64,000 bases of DNA, taken from NCBI RefSeq assembly GCF_039928515.1, contig NZ_JBDSSZ010000114.1; one strand, written 5' to 3'. The stretch is from Capsulimonas sp. GTDB taxonomy: Bacteria > Armatimonadota > Armatimonadia > Armatimonadales > Capsulimonadaceae. Under the pieces are notes generated by a model. That model saw only the letters and a program-made list of their open reading frames with translations. It ran no database searches and was not told the DNA's origin. A program made the translations under genes and the position numbers. This document shows positions 59,014 through 64,000 of the stretch, piece by piece (within the stretch, counting starts at the first letter, position 1; every line of letters starts with the position of its first letter).

Positions 59014-61200
59014 ATGGCAAAGAAATTAATCATCGTTGAGTCCCCCGCGAAGACGAAGACGCTCAAGGGGTTTCTCGGCGCGGACTATCAGGTTGAGGCG
59101 AGCATGGGGCATGTGCGTGACCTCCCGGAGAAGAAGCTGTCGATCGATATCGAGAACGACTTTGCGCCCACCTATCAGATCATCCCCGAGCGCAAGGATG
59201 TTGTCGCCAAATTAAAGGCCGCCGCCAAGGGAGCCGATGAAGTCTACCTGGCGAGCGACCCGGACCGTGAAGGGGAAGCGATCTCCTGGCACCTCAAGGA
59301 AGCGCTCGGCCTCAAGGATCCAAAGCGTATCCAGTTCAACGAGATCACCAAGACGGCGGTTCTGGCGGCGCTGCAGAACTATCGTACGATCGATATGGAC
59401 CGCGTCAACGCCCAGCAGGCGCGGCGCGAACTGGACCGGATCGTGGGCTACAAGATCAGCCCGCTGCTCTGGCGCAAGGTCAAGAAGGGCCTGAGCGCCG
59501 GCCGCGTGCAGTCGGTCGCCGTTCGTCTCATTGCGGACCGCGAGCGGGAGATCCTGGCGTTCAATCCCGTCGAGTACTGGACGATCGGCGCGACGCTGAC
59601 TCCCGATACGGTGAAGAACAAGTTCGACGCCAATCTGACCGAGCGTGACAACAAGAAGATCGAAATTCCCGATCAAGCCACGAGCGACAAGATCCTGTCG
59701 GATCTGGACGGCGCCGAGTACCGTGTCAAGAAGGTCAAGAAGAGCGAGAAGCGACGCAACCCGTCCGCGCCCTTCATCACCAGTACGCTCCAGCAGGAAG
59801 CCTCGCGCAAGCTCGGCTTTAGCGCCAAGCGCACGATGATGGTCGCGCAGCAGCTCTACGAAGGTTTGGAAGTCGCCGGCGAAGGCCATGTCGGTTTGAT
59901 CACCTACATGCGTACTGACTCCACGCGTATCGCCGATGAAGCGCAGCAGTCGGCTCGCGCTTACATTGTCACGGAATACGGCGCGGCCTACGCTCCGGCG
60001 CAGACCAAACAATATAAGAAGGGCGGCTCCGCGCAGGACGCCCACGAAGCGATCCGCCCGACCAGCGTCGAGCGCGTTCCCGATCAGATCGCCAAGCTTC
60101 TGACCGCCGAGCAGGCCAAGCTGTACAAGCTGATCTGGCAGCGCTTCTTAGCGTCCCAGATGGCGCCCGCCGTGTTCGATGTCGTTACCGTAGACATCAG
60201 CGCACGGAACTATACGTTCCGCGCCACGGGATCGACCGTCAAGTTCGACGGCTTCCTGCGCGTTTACCGTGAAGGCAAGGACGATCCGAATCAGGTGGAT
60301 GACGAGGACAAGCAGCCCCTGCCGGCGCTCACCGACGAACAGCTGCTGAAACTGCTCCAGATCCTGCCTAAGCAGCACTTCACCGAGCCGCCCCCGCGCT
60401 ACACGGAAGCGACCCTGGTCAAGGCGCTGGAGGAAAAGGGCATCGGACGCCCGAGCACCTACGCCGCGATCATGTCCACGATTATCGACCGCAAGTACGT
60501 GGAGCTGGAGCAGAAGAAGTTCAAGCCCACCGAACTGGGATCAACCGTCAACGACCTGCTGGTGAAGCACTTCCCCAGCGTTCTGGACATCGCGTTCACC
60601 GCCGAGATGGAAACCAAGCTCGACGGCGTCGCCGAGGGCAAGGAAGATTGGGTCGCGATGATGCGCTCCTTCTACGGTCCGTTCGCCGAGAGCCTGGAAA
60701 AGGCCGGCGAGGAGATGGAGAAGGTCAAGATCGAGCCGAAGCTCGCCGGCATCGACTGCCCGAAATGCGGCAAGCCGATGGTGGTGCGCTCCAGCCGGTT
60801 CGGCGAGTTCGTTGGCTGCTCGGACTACCCCGAGTGCAAGACAATTGTCCGTCCCGAAGCCGAAAAGATCGACATTCCGTGCCCCAAGTGCGGCGGCGAG
60901 ATCGTCCAGAAGCGCAGCCGTAAGGGCGCCATCTTCTATGGCTGCAAAGAGTACCCGAAGTGCGACTTCGTGGCCTGGGGCAAGCCGACCGGACAAGACT
61001 GTCCGACATGCGGCTCGCCGGTGATGGAAAATACATATCGCGGGCGCGTGATTGGCGTCAAGTGCCACAACGCTGAATGCGATTACAAAGAGTCAACGAA
61101 GAAATCAAACGACGAAGCCGGTGAGAACGACGAAGCGGGAACGGAAGCCGAACCCGCGCAGACGCGCGAATTGGCGGGTGCGGCGCAAGGCAAAGGATAA
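59014..61200 (+). CDS. topA: DNA topoisomerase I
   Basis: LIIVESPAK, DPDREGEAI, SAGRVQS, ITYMRTDS, AQDAHEAIRPT, GIGRPSTYA, three C-terminal zinc ribbons. Confidence 0.98.
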   Translation: MAKKLIIVESPAKTKTLKGFLGADYQVEASMGHVRDLPEKKLSIDIENDFAPTYQIIPERKDVVAKLKAAAKGADEVYLASDPDREGEAISWHLKEALGLKDPKRIQFNEITKTAVLAALQNYRTIDMDRVNAQQARRELDRIVGYKISPLLWRKVKKGLSAGRVQSVAVRLIADREREILAFNPVEYWTIGATLTPDTVKNKFDANLTERDNKKIEIPDQATSDKILSDLDGAEYRVKKVKKSEKRRNPSAPFITSTLQQEASRKLGFSAKRTMMVAQQLYEGLEVAGEGHVGLITYMRTDSTRIADEAQQSARAYIVTEYGAAYAPAQTKQYKKGGSAQDAHEAIRPTSVERVPDQIAKLLTAEQAKLYKLIWQRFLASQMAPAVFDVVTVDISARNYTFRATGSTVKFDGFLRVYREGKDDPNQVDDEDKQPLPALTDEQLLKLLQILPKQHFTEPPPRYTEATLVKALEEKGIGRPSTYAAIMSTIIDRKYVELEQKKFKPTELGSTVNDLLVKHFPSVLDIAFTAEMETKLDGVAEGKEDWVAMMRSFYGPFAESLEKAGEEMEKVKIEPKLAGIDCPKCGKPMVVRSSRFGEFVGCSDYPECKTIVRPEAEKIDIPCPKCGGEIVQKRSRKGAIFYGCKEYPKCDFVAWGKPTGQDCPTCGSPVMENTYRGRVIGVKCHNAECDYKESTKKSNDEAGENDEAGTEAEPAQTRELAGAAQGKG

Positions 61201-61209
61201 CTCAAGGGG

Positions 61210-61566
61210 ATGTTCGCTCTGAATTTTTACACAGATCTTTACGGCGACGCGCTGAAGCGCGGCCGCAAGTCCGCGACGATCCGTCTCGGCGACAAAAGCG
61301 CGAAGTACGCCACCGGCCAGATCGTATGGGTGACGGTCGGGCAGCGCTTCGCCCGGCGCAAGAAACTCTTCTGCGCCATCCTAGACGCCGTCGAAGTCAA
61401 GGTCGCCAAGGACCTGTCGCCCCGCGACATCCAGCGTGAGAACCCCGAGTTCCACACCACCGAAGACGCCGTGACTCTCCTCTCACGCATCTACGCCCGC
61501 GAAGTATCCGAGGACGAAATCGTCACCGTCATCTACTTCTCGCCGATTGACGAATACGAGCTTTAG
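61210..61566 (+). CDS. ASCH (PUA-like) domain protein
   Basis: G.KSATIR motif (ASCH GxKxxTxR); 118 aa. Confidence 0.75.
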   Translation: MFALNFYTDLYGDALKRGRKSATIRLGDKSAKYATGQIVWVTVGQRFARRKKLFCAILDAVEVKVAKDLSPRDIQRENPEFHTTEDAVTLLSRIYAREVSEDEIVTVIYFSPIDEYEL

Positions 61567-61581
61567 GTCCAATTCTTATTG

Positions 61582-61623
61582 ACGAGCAATAGGCGGAGCC
61601 AAATGGCTCCGCCTATTGCTCGT
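61582..61623. terminator. Long stem-loop between ASCH and trmFO
   Basis: ACGAGCAATAGGCGGAGCCA-aa-TGGCTCCGCCTATTGCTCGT. Confidence 0.55.
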
Positions 61624-61658
61624 TCCACGGCGGAAGATTCCCAGGGTATACTCTTTCC

Positions 61659-62984
61659 ATGACCTATGTGACAGTTATCGGTGGCGGACTGGCAGGCAGC
61701 GAGGCCGCCTGGCAGGCCGCCGAGGCCGGGGCCAAAGTGCGCCTTTATGAAATGCGGCCCGTGAAGCGAACTCCCGTCCATCAGACGGGCGACTTCGCGG
61801 AGCTTGTCTGCTCCAACTCCCTCAAATCCAATAGTATTACCAACGCGGCCGGTCTTTTGAAGGAAGAAATGCGGCGCATGGGGTCGATGGTGATCGCCTG
61901 CGCCGACGCCTCCAGCGTTCCTGCTGGCGACGCCCTCGCCGTGGACCGCATTCTCTTCGCTCAGGCCATCACAGAGCGGCTTTCCACTCATCCCAATATT
62001 GAGATCGTGCGCGAGGAAGTCACGGAGCTGCCCGAAGATGGCGTGACGATTATTGCAACTGGCCCTCTTACCTCCGAAGCGCTCGCGGGCGCGATCGGTG
62101 AGTTGACGGGGCTGACACAACTGCATTTTTACGACGCCGTCGCGCCGACGATCGACGCTTCGACTATCAATCGAGAGATCGCCTTCGCCGCCTCGCGCTA
62201 CGATAAGGGCGACGACGACGCCTACCTGAACTGCCCGATGAACCGCGAAGAGTACGACGCCTTCTACGCAGCGCTCACGACTGCCGAGCTTGCGCCGCTG
62301 GGCGATCACGAAGGCAAGACGTCTTTCTTTGAAGGCTGTCTTCCCATCGAAGTGCTTGCCTCACGCGGCCCCAAGACCCTCTGCTTTGGCCCGATGAAGC
62401 CCGTCGGTCTCACCGACCCGCGCACCGGCCGCTGGCCTTGGGCCTGCGTGCAGCTGCGCCAGGAGAACCGCGACGCGACTTTGTACTCCATGGTCGGCTT
62501 CCAAACCCGCATGAAGTGGGGCGACCAAAAGCGCGTTCTGCGCATGATCCCTGGATTAGAAGAAGCAGAGTTCGTGCGCTATGGTGTCATCCATCGCAAC
62601 ACTTACATCCAATCCCCCCAGCTCCTGACCAATGCTCTGCAGATGAAAGAACATCCCAATATCTTTTTCGCCGGACAGATTACCGGCGTGGAGGGGTATG
62701 TGGAATCGGCGGCCACGGGTATTCTCGCTGGACGCAACGCGGCGAGGTTCTTAAAAGGCGAATCGCTGCTCACGCTGCCGGAAGAGACGATGCTGGGCGC
62801 GCTTACGCATTATGTCGCGCACTATGACGGCAAGGACTTCCAGCCGATGAACTCCAATTGGGGCATCGTGCCGCCGCTTCCCAATCGCGTCCGTGACAAG
62901 AAGGAAAAGGCCTCGATCATGGCTGAACGCGGCATGGCCGCCCTGGAAACCGTCCAGGGCCTTAACCTACTCGCCCGTGTTTGA
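61659..62984 (+). CDS. trmFO: Folate/FAD-dependent tRNA m5U54 methyltransferase TrmFO (Gid)
   Basis: VIGGGLAGSEAAWQ, AELVCSNSL, FYDAVAP, GPMKPVGL, AGQITGVEGYVES. Confidence 0.97.
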   Translation: MTYVTVIGGGLAGSEAAWQAAEAGAKVRLYEMRPVKRTPVHQTGDFAELVCSNSLKSNSITNAAGLLKEEMRRMGSMVIACADASSVPAGDALAVDRILFAQAITERLSTHPNIEIVREEVTELPEDGVTIIATGPLTSEALAGAIGELTGLTQLHFYDAVAPTIDASTINREIAFAASRYDKGDDDAYLNCPMNREEYDAFYAALTTAELAPLGDHEGKTSFFEGCLPIEVLASRGPKTLCFGPMKPVGLTDPRTGRWPWACVQLRQENRDATLYSMVGFQTRMKWGDQKRVLRMIPGLEEAEFVRYGVIHRNTYIQSPQLLTNALQMKEHPNIFFAGQITGVEGYVESAATGILAGRNAARFLKGESLLTLPEETMLGALTHYVAHYDGKDFQPMNSNWGIVPPLPNRVRDKKEKASIMAERGMAALETVQGLNLLARV

Positions 62985-63888
62985 CACCGCGATCGACGCC
63001 TTCCTGAAGGCGCAGGCGGATGTGCGGGGCGCCTCCCCGCACACCGTCAAAGCCTACGCCGAAGACCTGCGCCAATTCGCGGACTACGCGATGGCGCAGG
63101 GCAAGTTCACCCCCGCCCACGCTGAGCCATCGCTGCTCCGCGCCTATCTCAATCATCTGCAATCGCTCGGTCTCGCCCGCGCCTCGCGCGCCCGCAAAAC
63201 CGCCGCGCTTCGATCCTTCTTCAATTATCTCACGATGCAGGGCGAGCTGGCGCAATCGCCGGCGACGGGGCTGCGAACGGTCAAACTGGACCGCCGGCTG
63301 CCCAAGTTTCTGCGAACGGATGAGATCGAGAAGCTTCTGACCTCCCCCGCGCAAAACCCACTCGGACTGCGCGACCGCGCCCTTTTGGAAATGCTCTATG
63401 CGAGCGGCATGCGCGCCGGCGAGTTAGTCATCTTAAATATTGGGGATGTGGATTTCGAGGAAGCGATTGTGCGAGTGGTGGGAAAAGGCGACAAAGAGCG
63501 CGTGACGCTGCTCGGTCGCGAAGCTTTGACAGCGCTCACCACTTATCTCACCGCCGGCCGCCCCACCCTCGTGGAGCACGCCAAAGACGCCGGCGCGCTC
63601 TTCGTCAACCGCTACGGCGCGCGTCTCTCCGACCGAGGCGTGCGCAAGCTCTTCGACAAGTACTGCGAAGCCGCCTCATCCACCCTCAAGATCACCCCAC
63701 ACGTCATGCGGCATACCTTCGCCACGCACCTGCTCAACAACGGCGCCGACCTGAGATTGGTGCAGGAGCTGCTCGGCCACACCAGCCTCGCCACCACTCA
63801 GATGTACACACACGTCACCACCGAGCGCTTGCAGGAAGTCCATCGCGCCGCGCATCCACGAGCGCGCGGTGTTCCTGATAGCGACTGA
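62977..63888 (+). CDS. xerC: Tyrosine recombinase XerC/XerD
   Basis: RDRA.LE.LYASG.R..EL, GKGDKER, TPHVMRHTFATHLL, VQELLGH, TQMY; GTG overlaps the trmFO stop. Confidence 0.88.
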   Translation: MFDTAIDAFLKAQADVRGASPHTVKAYAEDLRQFADYAMAQGKFTPAHAEPSLLRAYLNHLQSLGLARASRARKTAALRSFFNYLTMQGELAQSPATGLRTVKLDRRLPKFLRTDEIEKLLTSPAQNPLGLRDRALLEMLYASGMRAGELVILNIGDVDFEEAIVRVVGKGDKERVTLLGREALTALTTYLTAGRPTLVEHAKDAGALFVNRYGARLSDRGVRKLFDKYCEAASSTLKITPHVMRHTFATHLLNNGADLRLVQELLGHTSLATTQMYTHVTTERLQEVHRAAHPRARGVPDSD

Positions 63889-63902
63889 GGTACAATCTCC
63901 AC

Positions 63903-64000
63903 ATGGACCACGATCGACTCTTCAAAGAACTGCTGAGCAATTTCTTCGGCGAGTTCGTCGACTTGTTTCTGCCTAAAGTCAGCGCCTATTTGGACCGTGA
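63903..64000 (+). CDS. N-terminus of an Rpn/YhgA-like (putative transposase/nuclease) protein, cut by the window edge
   Basis: MDHDRLFKELLSNFFGEFVDLFLP. Confidence 0.7.
   Translation, partial: MDHDRLFKELLSNFFGEFVDLFLPKVSAYLDR

Noticed and set aside
61592-61612. GCGGAGCCAA / ATGGCTCCGC resembling the ATGGNNCCAT box
   Set aside because: It is part of a 20-bp-arm hairpin within a housekeeping operon with no matching promoter geometry; probably coincidental.
62977-63888. Tyrosine recombinase as the integrase of the accessory block
   Set aside because: Its size, motifs and position after topA-trmFO indicate housekeeping XerC, and it lies outside the block.

Overview
GC-rich bacterial chromosomal window. 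The protein styles suggest Armatimonadota (Capsulimonas-like), which is an inference. Housekeeping genes include cysDN, dprA, topA-ASCH-trmFO-xerC, a DUF485/ActP-like pair, fdhD-ydeP and pnuC-nadR. They are interspersed with many secreted or surface proteins, often as tandem paralogs. The main finding is a candidate secreted glycan-degrading regulon, probably targeting fungal cell walls. It comprises four GH76-ricin genes with an SGNH-ricin esterase (48.3-55.9 kb), a Tat-exported GH43, a decayed GH92 remnant, and probably a distant GH16-ricin gene at 5.7 kb. The GH76, GH43 and GH16 genes have near-consensus sigma70 promoters sharing a repeated 10-bp pseudo-palindrome ATGGNNCCAT. In two of these promoters the box sits directly after the -35 hexamer. 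The normally adjacent dprA and topA are separated by about 24 kb of accessory DNA that includes an IS256 fragment. Gene decay is visible in a beta-carbonic anhydrase, the GH92, the IS256, a truncated small gene, and an Ig-repeat surface protein with an in-frame TAG at codon 4. No rRNA, tRNA or CRISPR array was seen. All family assignments come from motif recognition, not database searches.
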